A DNA stretch of 64,000 bases, taken from the NCBI RefSeq assembly GCF_056712565.1, contig NZ_CM160072.1. The stretch is one strand, 5' to 3'. The notes beneath the pieces were generated by a model, which saw nothing but the letters and a program-made list of their open reading frames with translations, was not told the DNA's origin and ran no database searches. Numbering within the stretch: position 1 is the first letter of the stretch; each line of letters opens with the position of its first letter. Both the position numbers and the translations under genes were made by a program. This document shows positions 32,349 through 42,107 of this stretch, one piece after another.

Positions 32349-33572
32349 ATGGCTAAAAACAAAGGTATCTGTCGGAATAAAAAATGCAGTAATCCTGTTT
32401 CAGAATTTGATGAGGCAAATGCCTTAAGGTTATGCGATGATCATTATAAGCTATGGAAGCGAAATAAAGAGAATCGTCGGGTCAGGAATATTTGTCGTAT
32501 AATTAGTAGATATGACAAAAGTCTGGACTGGGAGATATTTTATAGAGTAAGAGATGCTGCAAAAAATAAAACGGGAAAGAGAATTATTGAGGACGCAAAA
32601 ATATTACACCAATGGCGTGCTTCAAAGCAAGTAAGAAAAAGTTTTCACAAGGGTGTGCTTCGGTCACGGGAATGGCTTAATACACAGGAGTTACTGAGCA
32701 GAAAACATATATCTGTTACAGGTGAACTATTTAAATTTTACATAAAAGATATTATCAGATTATATTGCTATAAGTTTCTCTACAGCAGAGAATATCTTAA
32801 TGAAAACGCATACAAAAAACGATATCAGAGAGATATTCACCCCAGAAAAGTTAATGTTCCGATACTGCAACTTGAAGTTGCATGGATAAATAATAATTGC
32901 CGCTCAAGTGATTCAAGCACTGATATTATTATCCTTCCGAGGATGATAAGAAGAATGGTTGTATTTAATTATACGAAGATAAATAAACAATTAGAGAAAG
33001 TGTTGGGGGGGATAGCACGAAAACAAACCTCAGAAAGGAATAAAGGCGGTCTCTATACCAGAATAAAAAAAGAAAGTGACTTTCTTTCTATGGATAGATT
33101 TATGGTGGAAATAGAAAATATCATAAGACCTGAAAGGTTTCCTACATCAATTTATCCAGTCTTTTCACATTCATTTATTGAACGAGAGCTTCCGCTACTG
33201 AATCTTGCCCGATCACAGTATAAAAGAGCAATAAGTAAAAGAGTGGCGAATTCAATTTTTTATACTTTGCAAAAAACTAACGTGGCATTATGGCTATATC
33301 TTGAAATGTTTGCTCTGGTGGCATTCATTAAACTGTATACAGGAAAAGGTTTTGAATTCATAAAGAACATGTGTGTATTTATCGATTATGAGAAAGGGAT
33401 AATAAAATCCACACATGAAGAACTGCTGGGTGAAATTAAACGTAACATTCAAGTGAATTTGAAGGTGAATCCTGATAATTTTCCAGAGTTAATAGATATA
33501 TACAATTCATGCTTTAGTGAAAATATATTGTCATATGATATTCAGGATGGTAATTTTAAATGGCGCTCATGA
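32349..33572 (+). CDS. Hypothetical 407-aa basic protein with an N-terminal Cys4-type (zinc-ribbon-like) motif; AT-rich foreign gene, family not recognised
   Basis: Uninterrupted 1224-nt ORF in visibly AT-rich DNA, divergent from the GTPase gene; N-terminus CRNKKCSNPVSEF...LCDDHYKLW; Lys/Arg-rich. Confidence 0.6.
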   Translation: MAKNKGICRNKKCSNPVSEFDEANALRLCDDHYKLWKRNKENRRVRNICRIISRYDKSLDWEIFYRVRDAAKNKTGKRIIEDAKILHQWRASKQVRKSFHKGVLRSREWLNTQELLSRKHISVTGELFKFYIKDIIRLYCYKFLYSREYLNENAYKKRYQRDIHPRKVNVPILQLEVAWINNNCRSSDSSTDIIILPRMIRRMVVFNYTKINKQLEKVLGGIARKQTSERNKGGLYTRIKKESDFLSMDRFMVEIENIIRPERFPTSIYPVFSHSFIERELPLLNLARSQYKRAISKRVANSIFYTLQKTNVALWLYLEMFALVAFIKLYTGKGFEFIKNMCVFIDYEKGIIKSTHEELLGEIKRNIQVNLKVNPDNFPELIDIYNSCFSENILSYDIQDGNFKWRS

Positions 33573-35024
33573 TGTGAAAATATTAATTTCACATTACATA
33601 TTAATTATCCACAAAAAACATATAATTAATTTCAATGAGTTACATATAAAAACGTTGATGATTATCCAGCTTAGTATGGTTATGCAATGTGATGCTTAAC
33701 GCTTACAGATAATAACACATTCATATGAGCTATATATCATAATATTCAATAATCATGATATGCTAATCTGATTATGGATAAAAATTACTGAATGACGCCA
33801 TATTATGATTGGCAGTGTTTCCTGTATACGATGACTTATCTCTCCCGCATCATATGGGGGTACGTTTCTTAGGAAAAGTGACGGGGTTACAGAAGCCAAT
33901 TACGATAGTTTGTTGTAGAGTTATCACGAGTTTTTGTTGTTCTGAAGACGGAATCAGAAAAATAATTCCAGAGTAAACATGTCTGTTTTTTGACCAGTAA
34001 AGATCCATGCTGGCCGTGAAAAACTGAAATCAACACTCAGTCTGCATGGATGTCTGAAGATATTGAGAATGTCGGGAATGGTACTATATACGTATTATAC
34101 AGACATATCTTCACTAAGTGTTATACACGCATTTTCATAAACAATTCTACAAGTGTTTTCATTAAGCATTGCTGTACACATTGTTTGATCTGATACACAT
34201 CCAGTTTAGTAAATCTTTACGTTAGCTAAAATCAGTTTAAAGCTGCTACAAAACAATTTTTCTTGTTTAAGTAATCAGGATGATATTCTATTTTTCTGAA
34301 GTTACGTTTAACCTTTTCTTAGTTTTTGTGTTTTTAGTCGTTAACCTGAGACAAGTGTCTTTATGTAAAAACGCAAATCCGGCTGAGATAACCTGGCGTG
34401 ATTTACTGTGTGCTTACGATGATTTTGTTAAATGGTTTTATGGATGATTTTGTAACGATGAGATTGATGAGATGATTAACTGGCCCTGGTGTTTTTTCTC
34501 AGCGCAAGACTCTTTTCAGGAAAAGCGTGATGATTGGTTCTGGTGTTTTGATTCAGATGAGGTTTACGTTATCGATGGTTAACCGTTTTTATGGAGCGTA
34601 GTTAAAAGTAACGTTTTCAGTATAAGAAAATCGATTCTGATGTTGGTGGTTTTTGTTCTTGGGGCGGGGGTGTCTGTAAACAGGTTTTAATCGCGCTGTT
34701 CGGCTCTGTGATTGAGTTGTGTGGTTAAGCTGTAGGTGTGGTGTTGCTGTTGATTTACAGCGCCAGAAAGCGTTCTGATTGCGTTTCTGACGTTTTGTTT
34801 GCGCGTTCTGTTGATCCGTTTCCCTTCAGGCTTTGTAGTTTTTAAAAAACATTTATGCCGTTGTTGTGTGTTTTACTCTGCGTGTAGGTTTATTTTTTCT
34901 TCGTGGGGGATTCATTCTGTTTTAATCAGGAGCCATTGGCGTTGCTCAATGGCGGGATGCCGTAAAGTTTTACCGCAGTGATTAATGATGTGAAGTCAAT
35001 CCAAATCAACGGAGATCTCTCATC

Positions 35025-35756
35025 ATGAATCAACCAATACACAATGCTTACTGGTTATCCCGTTTTGAAAGTATTCTCAACAGTGCCCTGGCGCAACACC
35101 GTGCCGTCTCGTTAATCCGGGTGGATTTACGTTTCCCTGAGTATATGCCTGCCACCATCATGGATACCGATTTAGATTCAGCGGTGATTTCTCGTTTTTT
35201 TGCATCCCTGAAAGCAAAAATTCAGGCTTACCAGCGACATAAACGACGTGCCAACAAGCGTGTGCGTGCAACCACTCTGCGTTATTTCTGGTGTCGGGAG
35301 TTTGGCAAGGAAAAAGGCAGGAAACATTATCACGTGATATTACTGCTCAACAAAGATACCTGGTGCTCGCCAGGGGATTTCACCGTTCCTTCTTCGCTGG
35401 CGACGCTGATCCAACTGGCATGGTGCAGTGCTCTGCATCTCGAGCCCTGGCAGGGTAATGGACTGGTTCATTTTTCCAGGCGGACGCCTTTCCGTAAACC
35501 GACATCATCTGATGCTCGCCCTTCTTCCGATGATACGCCTTTGTCGGGTGGATGTTCTGAAACCAGGAAGGCTTCAGACAAAAAGTCTGGTGGATCCGCT
35601 GTGCTCTGGGTCAAGCGTGGTGATGTGGAAGCGATGCAGAAAGCCCGGAACAGAGCCAGTTATCTCGTGAAATATGAGACGAAGCAGCATGACGGTTCCG
35701 GGCAACGTAATTATGGTTGCAGTCGTGGGGTAGGGCGTCTACTGGATGGCAGGTGA
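35025..35756 (+). CDS. YagK/YfjJ-family protein (inovirus Gp2-like, HUH-type motif HYHVILLL)
   Basis: 243-aa ORF with RVDLRFPEY and HYHVILLL motifs; assignment from recalled family signature and island context. Confidence 0.45.
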   Translation: MNQPIHNAYWLSRFESILNSALAQHRAVSLIRVDLRFPEYMPATIMDTDLDSAVISRFFASLKAKIQAYQRHKRRANKRVRATTLRYFWCREFGKEKGRKHYHVILLLNKDTWCSPGDFTVPSSLATLIQLAWCSALHLEPWQGNGLVHFSRRTPFRKPTSSDARPSSDDTPLSGGCSETRKASDKKSGGSAVLWVKRGDVEAMQKARNRASYLVKYETKQHDGSGQRNYGCSRGVGRLLDGR

Positions 35757-36102
35757 GCCCTGTAAAACGGCATCCGGTACCAGAGTGTATGTCACGGTAA
35801 GGGCGTCAGCCAACGCCCTTAGATCGTTTTCTGCTAATAGCCCTGAAGTCATGAAACGGTATTTTTATCTGCTTCCGCTCCTGGAAACACTCCGTCGGTA
35901 AAAACTTACCGGGATGATTAATGATGTGAACCGAAGTCAACGGAGATCATTCCCCCTGAACCTGCATCCAGTGTTCTTTCCCTTATCTTCCCGTTCTGCT
36001 TCGGTTCTTCACTTATTCCATCAACTCCATCCGCAAACCATAACACGTCAGCTTATTCACGGGCAGGACGCATTGTGGGCTGCGCATAACGGAGCATATC
36101 TT

Positions 36103-36678
36103 ATGAATGCTATCCCTTATTTCGACTATAGCCTGGCCCCCTTCTGGCCATCTTATCAGAACAAAGTCGTCGGCGTCCTTGAGCGTGCGCTGCGTGAGCA
36201 GTCCGGCTCACGGATACGGCGGATCCTGCTTCGTCTGCCGTGTGAATATGACAATACCTTCAACAGCAGAACGACCTGGTTTGGTATGGATTTTATCGAA
36301 ACCGTCAGTGCGCTGATGAATGCAACCCCCGGACGTGATCTCTGCTGGCTCCTGACCCGTCATCCTGAAAAACCGGAATACCACGTGGTGCTGTGCGTCA
36401 GACAGGAGTATTTCGATGGCCCTGAATTGGACCGGTTGATACTGGATGCCTGGAGTAACGTACTGGGCTTCGCGTCACCGGGTGAAGCAAAGCAGTATCA
36501 GAAGCAGATCACCCGGGATGTGGTGCTGGACAGTCGTTCACCGGACTGTGAAAACATCCTCAAAGAGTTGATATGGGCGTTCAGTGATTTCGCCCGCGAT
36601 CGTCGTGGTGTGTGCGATCCGGAAGCCCGTTGCCTCGCCGGTAATCCCGGCTATCCCGGATCTGCAGGACCGTTCTGA
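36103..36678 (+). CDS. Second YagK/YfjJ-like paralog with degenerate HUH motif (EYHVVLCV)
   Basis: ORF track starts at 35914 but the first 63 codons are the conserved upstream motif and low-complexity sequence; Met at 36103 aligns with the paralog-1 N-terminus (RILLRLPCEY vs RVDLRFPEY). Confidence 0.4.
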   Translation: MNAIPYFDYSLAPFWPSYQNKVVGVLERALREQSGSRIRRILLRLPCEYDNTFNSRTTWFGMDFIETVSALMNATPGRDLCWLLTRHPEKPEYHVVLCVRQEYFDGPELDRLILDAWSNVLGFASPGEAKQYQKQITRDVVLDSRSPDCENILKELIWAFSDFARDRRGVCDPEARCLAGNPGYPGSAGPF

Positions 36679-36806
36679 AAGCTCGGTTCAGCATCTTTCC
36701 CTGCATTCGCACAAACTTCATAAATCTCACAAAGGACATTCTGACCATGTTGACCACAACAAGCCACGACAGCGTGTTACTGCGTGCCGACGATCCCCTG
36801 ATCGAC

Positions 36807-36980
36807 ATGAACTACATCACCAGTTTCACCGGTATGACCGATAAATGGTTTTACAAGCTGATCAGTGAAGGTCATTTCCCTAAACCCATCAAACTGGGGC
36901 GCAGCAGCCGCTGGTACAAAAGTGAAGTGGAGCAGTGGATGCAGCAGCGAATTGAGGAATCACGAGGAGCAGCAGCATGA
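36807..36980 (+). CDS. alpA: AlpA-family phage transcriptional regulator (excisionase-like HTH)
   Basis: TDKWFYKLISEGHFPKPIKLGRSSRWYKSEVEQW matches the AlpA signature; ORF track start 36747, internal Met at 36807 preferred. Confidence 0.7.
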   Translation: MNYITSFTGMTDKWFYKLISEGHFPKPIKLGRSSRWYKSEVEQWMQQRIEESRGAAA

Positions 36981-37098
36981 AACGTGTTGCAATACCAGCG
37001 CCGGCATTGCGGAAATCAGCCCTGTCCCCGATGCTGGCGACACTCCCGCTCATCTTTCTGCTGACTCCTCTGGTCTGCCAACTGTTTGTCATCATTTC

Positions 37099-37266
37099 CT
37101 GACTGATTCGTCATTCCCTTCGTCCCGCCAGTCACTGGTGTTTGTATCGTACCGTCCGGTGTTGATGTGCGTTTTCCGTGTGTCTGCACCGGCTTAACAA
37201 AATTCAACAGGGTTTGAAAAGGAACATTTCGTGCAAATAACCGAAGCCTTAATTTCAGAGCCGGGA
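37099..37266. repeat. Copy 1 of a ~150-170 bp repeat (inverted relative to copy 2 at 44502-44651) with a conserved 7-1-7 palindrome
   Basis: Manual alignment to the reverse complement of 44502-44651: blocks ccggctctgaaa, gcttcggttatttgca, tccttttcaaacc, cgccagtNactggcg, gaatgacga shared; roughly 75 percent identity. Confidence 0.6.
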
Positions 37267-37279
37267 GACATCCGGCGTT

Positions 37280-37636
37280 TTGTTCAGCAGGCGCTGGAGT
37301 TCTTTAATCTGCTTCATGGCAGCAGCAAGTTCAGAGGCAGGAACGACCTGTTCTCCTGCGGCCACAGCAGTAAGACTTCCCTCCTGGTATTGCTTGCGCC
37401 AGAGAAATAACTGGCTGGCTGCCACACCGTGTTGCCGGGCAACAAGGGAGACCGTCATTCCCGGTTCAAAGCTCTGCTGAACAATAGCGATCTTTTCCTG
37501 TGTAGTACGCCGTCTGCGTTTCTCCGGTCCTAAGACATCAATCATCTGTTCTCCAATGACTGGTCTAAAAACTAGTATTAAGACTATCACTTAAATAAGT
37601 GATATTGGTTGTCTGGAGATTCTGGGGGCTAGTCTA
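37280..37636 (-). mobile_element. insC: IS2 remnant (left inverted repeat plus 5' part of insC); rest of the element missing
   Basis: Terminal ggttgtctggagattctgggggctagtcta matches the IS2 IRL; minus-strand [56 protein letters not shown]... equals IS2 InsC until homology ends near 37280. Confidence 0.75.
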
Positions 37637-38793
37637 GTTTTAAAGCGCCCCCTGCCGTATCAGAACTGGGGAATGCTACAGGGTTTGACCTGTTCCTCGA
37701 GGATCGTAGCGGAGCTAGCCATGAAAAAATGATCCAGGCCCGAAATCAGCTTCTTGCTGAAGCGGCGAAAAGTCCAGCGTTAAACATGGTTCGTCCTAAC
37801 GGCATGAACGATGAGCCTCAGTTCCAGATTCTGATTGATGACGAGAAAGTTCAGGCGTTTAAACTGAGCATGAGCGACGTCGACAACATAATGTCAGCAG
37901 CCTGGGGTTCGATGTATGTAAATGATTTTAACGATCGTGGACGGGTGAAAAAAGTCTATATTCAGGGCGAACCCGGCTCACGTATATCACCGCAGGATTT
38001 TGATAAATGGTATGTCCGTAACAGTGATGGCGACATGGTTTCCTTTGCCTCTTTTGCAACAGGCAAATGGATTTATGGCTCACCAAAACTGGAGCAATAT
38101 AATGGTATCTCTGCTGTCGAAATCCTGGGGGAACCGGCACCAGGATACAGTTCCGGGGATGCAATGAAAGCAATTGAGGATATTGCGGCAAGACTTCCCG
38201 AAGGTTTCCATATTTCCTGGACAGGTTTGTCTTTTGAGGAACGACTTTCAGGTTCTCAGGCTCCTGCACTATATGCACTTTCACTGTTGATCGTCTTTCT
38301 GTGTCTGGCTGCACTGTATGAAAGCTGGAGCATTCCTTTCTCGGTCATGCTGGTTGTTCCGCTTGGTGTCCTGGGGGCTGTCTGTGCTACTTTGTTGCGC
38401 GGCCTTGGTAACGATGTCTTTTTCCAGGTCGGTTTATTAACAACAATAGGGCTGTCTGCGAAAAATGCCATACTTATCGTGGAGTTTGCTCGTGAATTGC
38501 ATGAGAAAGAAGGACTAAGCATTAAAGAGGCTGCTGTTGAAGCGGCGAGAGTGAGGTTAAGACCGATAATTATGACTTCGCTGGCATTTGTAATGGGGGT
38601 TATCCCACTGGCTGTCTCGACTGGAGCAAGTTCCGGAAGTAAACATGCCATCGGTACTGGTGTGGTTGGAGGGATGATCACTGCTACGATACTGGCAATC
38701 TTTTATATTCCTCTCTTCTATATGTTAATTGCCGGGTTCTTCAGCCGCAGAAATAAGAAATCATCGGATAAGACTGAAGCTGAGCAATCATAA
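37637..38793 (+). pseudogene. RND multidrug efflux pump (AcrB/AcrF-like), C-terminal ~350 residues only; 5' part removed at the IS2 junction
   Basis: [28 protein letters not shown]...[25 protein letters not shown]... aligns with AcrB residues ~690-1049; no N-terminal two thirds. Confidence 0.8.
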
Positions 38794-38892
38794 GCATGAG
38801 TAAATATTCAGGTGCAGTAAACAACATACTGCGCCTGAGTAAATGGCTGTTGGGTTGGTACTAAATGCCCCAGAGATATTTCCTGAAATAAG

Positions 38893-39493
38893 ATGTCAAT
38901 GGAGATTTCAACAGTGGTGCGGCACACAAAATTTGCAGCGGAAGAAACCCGCAAACAAATCCTGGATGTGGCAGAGTTCTGCTTTTGTGAGACGGGCTTT
39001 TCGAAGACGACACTGGAGATGATTGCGGCGCGCGCAGGTTGTACTCGGGGGGCCATATACTGGTATTTCAACGAAAAAAAAGATCTTCTGCGACAAGTCA
39101 TCGAGCGGGTACCACTATCATTATTTGATGAGCTTACAGCCATCAAAAATGGGAGAGTTTTTGAACCGGTTAAAGCGATGTATCGTTGCTTATCACGTAG
39201 CCTGATTAAATTACAATATAATGTACACTTACGGAATGTAATTTATATTGTGTTTTTTTTGTGAAGAATGTCCGGATGATATAAGAATAAATTTCTTACA
39301 AAAAATGGTGGATGTCAATAATTTTGTGAAATTACTATGTTATATTTTCGAAAAAGGTAAGTTATATAGAGAAATATGTTTGGAAATTCGTAGTGAGACT
39401 CTGGCGTTCCTGCTTTTTTCTTTGTTTACGGGGGGGGGCGAAGTTGCATTCTGCAACCTGATAATAAATCCCTTTTCAGAGAGGGTTGCATAG
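38893..39493 (+). pseudogene. TetR-family regulator (AcrR/EnvR-like), apparently frameshifted
   Basis: N-terminal TetR HTH (TTLEMIAARAGCTRGAIYWYFNEKKDLL) in the 38893-39264 ORF; remainder continues in another frame (39248-39493); T8 run at 39253-39260. Confidence 0.55.
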
Positions 39494-39535
39494 TACTGGA
39501 GTTGACCCAATCAACCTTCACAGGCATCGATAAAA

Positions 39536-39881
39536 ATGAACGCTACTATAAAAAACAGCTCTGATATCAATGAGTTTGCTAAATGGATTGATGAAAATCT
39601 TGAGGTAGAACTCTCAATAAATATTGAGGCAAAAAAAGCTGGATATTCAAAATGGTATTTACAGAGATTGTTTAAACATATCATTGGTATTTCTATTGGT
39701 AGGTATATTAATAAATGCAGCAGAAGAACTACGTTCTACTACTGAATCGGTCACGACTATCACTTTTAAATATCAGTTTGATTTTCAGCAGACATTTACA
39801 AGGGCATTTACTCGCCGCTTTGGTATAGCTCCTATTGCATACCGAAAACTCGCTAAGGAAGAAGTGAGATGGAATAGTTAG
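39536..39881 (+). pseudogene. MarA/SoxS-like small AraC-family regulator, split across two frames
   Basis: INEFAKWIDENLEVELSINIEAKKAGYSKWYLQRLFKHIIG in one frame, FDFQQTFTRAFTRRFGIAPIAYRK in the next; together they resemble MarA. Confidence 0.5.
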
Positions 39882-40237
39882 TTATGTAAGCGTTATTTAC
39901 TTAAGCGTGGATATATAAGAATGATATTATCAATATGTTGCTCATGAGTTTTTAATAGCATATAGGCTTGTTAACATAGCCCAGCAATATACTTTGCAGT
40001 GGGAGCAGGTATGCATACAGAACAGTGGGCGAGGACGAGCGTCCCTTTTCGAACAAGGTAGCAAAAGAGGAAGAAGAAAGACAAATACAACTGGGCCTGA
40101 AAGGGTAGTGTTTAAGCCCCCTTTCAGGGGGCCGTGTCAAAGCCGCCCGCTATGCAGATGGTTTTTTACTTTATCTGTTAAGCAAAAAAATGCCGCGATA
40201 AAGAAATTGTTACCGCGGCAGCGTCATAGCAATTTAC

Positions 40238-40783
40238 TTATTTTTTCTTGCCGCTGGAACGAGGACCTTTCTTTGCTGCCTCCTGCGGTACATCAGATTT
40301 TGTAGGTTTAGTGTTTTCTATTGAGGGTTTAACTGGTTGATGCTGCTCCACGGACTTCAGCGTTTCATCAGTGACATCCATACAGGATGCGCTGATTGAC
40401 GTATCAAGGTTAACCACCGGGAATGTCTGTGAAGGCGCGTTTTCAGCCTGCAGTGTCGGTTGTGCAGCAGGCACTTCAGGTTGAGGTTCTGCGACGCCGG
40501 CGGTCACTTTAGAGTGAATAATCTGCTCGATATGCTGCGCGGTGCGGGCGATCACCTTATGGGCATACACCTCGCCAACCCGGCTTGCCGCGCTGATGGC
40601 TGCCGCTACCGCCGCGTTAATTGCGCCCACTTCCCCTTCCAGCTTCACGGTCACCATCCCGCCGCCTTTCGTCAATTCATAGCCTACCAGACTAACGTTA
40701 GCGGATTTCATTGCGGCATCGGCGGCTTCTACCGCCGCAGACATCCCGACGGTTTCGATTAAGCCTAAACTTTTCCCAGACAT
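40238..40783 (-). CDS. BMC-H shell protein (PduA/EutM fold) with ~90-aa Pro/Lys-rich C-terminal extension
   Basis: MSGKSLGLIETVGMSAAVEAADAAMKSANVSLVGYELTKGGGMVTVKLEGEVGAINAAV... then a low-complexity tail; start at internal Met preferred over ORF-track start. Confidence 0.8.
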   Translation of the reverse strand: MSGKSLGLIETVGMSAAVEAADAAMKSANVSLVGYELTKGGGMVTVKLEGEVGAINAAVAAAISAASRVGEVYAHKVIARTAQHIEQIIHSKVTAGVAEPQPEVPAAQPTLQAENAPSQTFPVVNLDTSISASCMDVTDETLKSVEQHQPVKPSIENTKPTKSDVPQEAAKKGPRSSGKKK

Positions 40784-40827
40784 AAATTTCTCCTGTAATA
40801 AATTCAACTGTGCTGCGCGTCGTCGGC

Positions 40828-41979
40828 TTAACGTCCAACGTCTTCGTATAATAGCGCCGCTTTGTCCGTAACTTCCCACGGAAAGCTGTCGCGACCAAAG
40901 TGACCATAGCAGGCTGTTTTACGATAGCGGGGGACCAGCAGATCAAGCGTAGTAATGATGCCGAACACGCTAAGATCGAAATGGCTGTTAACGCCTCTCA
41001 GCAACGCTTCAGATGACACTGTTTGTGTACCGAAGGTGTTAATCCTGACGGAAACAGGGCGGGGCAGGCCGATGGCCCATCCCAACTGGACTTCACAGCG
41101 TGAGGCAAGCCCAGCGGCGACGATGTTTTTCGCCACATAGCGAGCAGCGTAGGCGGCGGAACGATCGACTTTCGACGGATCTTTGCCTGAAAACGCGCCG
41201 CCGCCATGGCAAGCCGCGCCGCCATAGGTATCAACAATAATTTTACGCCCCGTTAGCCCGCAGTCACCCACCGGCCCGCCAATCACAAAACTGCCTGCAG
41301 GGTTCACCAGAAAGCGGGTTTGTGGTGTGAGCCAGTGCGAAGGCATCACAGGTTTAACAATTTCTTCGATGACCGCTTCCCGTAGCGCGTCCAGAGAAAC
41401 GTCAGGGCTGTGTTGGGTAGACACCACAACGGTATCTACTGAATGAACACGATTATCCTGATAGCGCAGGGTAACCTGGCTTTTGGCATCAGGGAGTAAA
41501 AATGGTAACCGTTGGGATTTACGCAACTGCGCCTGGCGCTCCATCAGACGATGGGCGTATACCAGCGTGGCGGGCATCAGTTCCGACGTTTCATCACAGG
41601 CGTAACCGAAGGTGATGCCCTGATCGCCCGCCCCCAGTTCTTCCATCGAGTGGCCGCGAATGCCTTCAGCAATATTGGCGGACTGTTTGCCAAGGATATT
41701 TAATACACAGCAGGTATTGCCATCAAACCCCAATCGCGAATGGTCGTAACCAATCTCTTTTATGGTGTTGCGGACAATCTTCTCAATATCCACGGCGGCA
41801 TGGGTAGATATTTCTCCGGCAACAATAGTGGCACCAGTTTTCACCAAGCATTCACAGGCAACCTTACCCCACGGGTCCTGTAGGAGTATCGCATCCAAAA
41901 TGGCATCAGAAATTTGGTCCGCCATTTTATCGGGATGCCCTTCGGCAACGGATTCGGAGGTAAACAGGTAATCGTTCAA
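40828..41979 (-). CDS. S-adenosylmethionine synthetase paralog (MetK family) within the microcompartment locus
   Basis: 383-aa ORF with MetK signatures [71 protein letters not shown]. Confidence 0.9.
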   Translation of the reverse strand: MNDYLFTSESVAEGHPDKMADQISDAILDAILLQDPWGKVACECLVKTGATIVAGEISTHAAVDIEKIVRNTIKEIGYDHSRLGFDGNTCCVLNILGKQSANIAEGIRGHSMEELGAGDQGITFGYACDETSELMPATLVYAHRLMERQAQLRKSQRLPFLLPDAKSQVTLRYQDNRVHSVDTVVVSTQHSPDVSLDALREAVIEEIVKPVMPSHWLTPQTRFLVNPAGSFVIGGPVGDCGLTGRKIIVDTYGGAACHGGGAFSGKDPSKVDRSAAYAARYVAKNIVAAGLASRCEVQLGWAIGLPRPVSVRINTFGTQTVSSEALLRGVNSHFDLSVFGIITTLDLLVPRYRKTACYGHFGRDSFPWEVTDKAALLYEDVGR

Positions 41980-42107
41980 AGCGAGCCCACTTGTTTGGGA
42001 AGTTTATTCCTATCTTAGGATAGGAACCTGACAAGTGGGCGTAAACTATCTTGCGGGCGTGTTGGACTATTTTGCTTTCATTATCGGGCCAATGCAAAAT
42101 CACGCCA

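Noticed and set aside
35914-36102. ORF-track N-terminal extension of the second YagK-like paralog
   Set aside because: The first codons translate the conserved non-coding motif shared with the region upstream of paralog 1; the Met at 36103 aligns with the paralog-1 N-terminus
37016-37207. Short ORFs within the two repeat copies (37016-37207 minus; 44477-44788 plus) as a conserved small protein
   Set aside because: Start positions and frames are not conserved between copies and similarity is explained by nucleotide identity; treated as non-coding repeat
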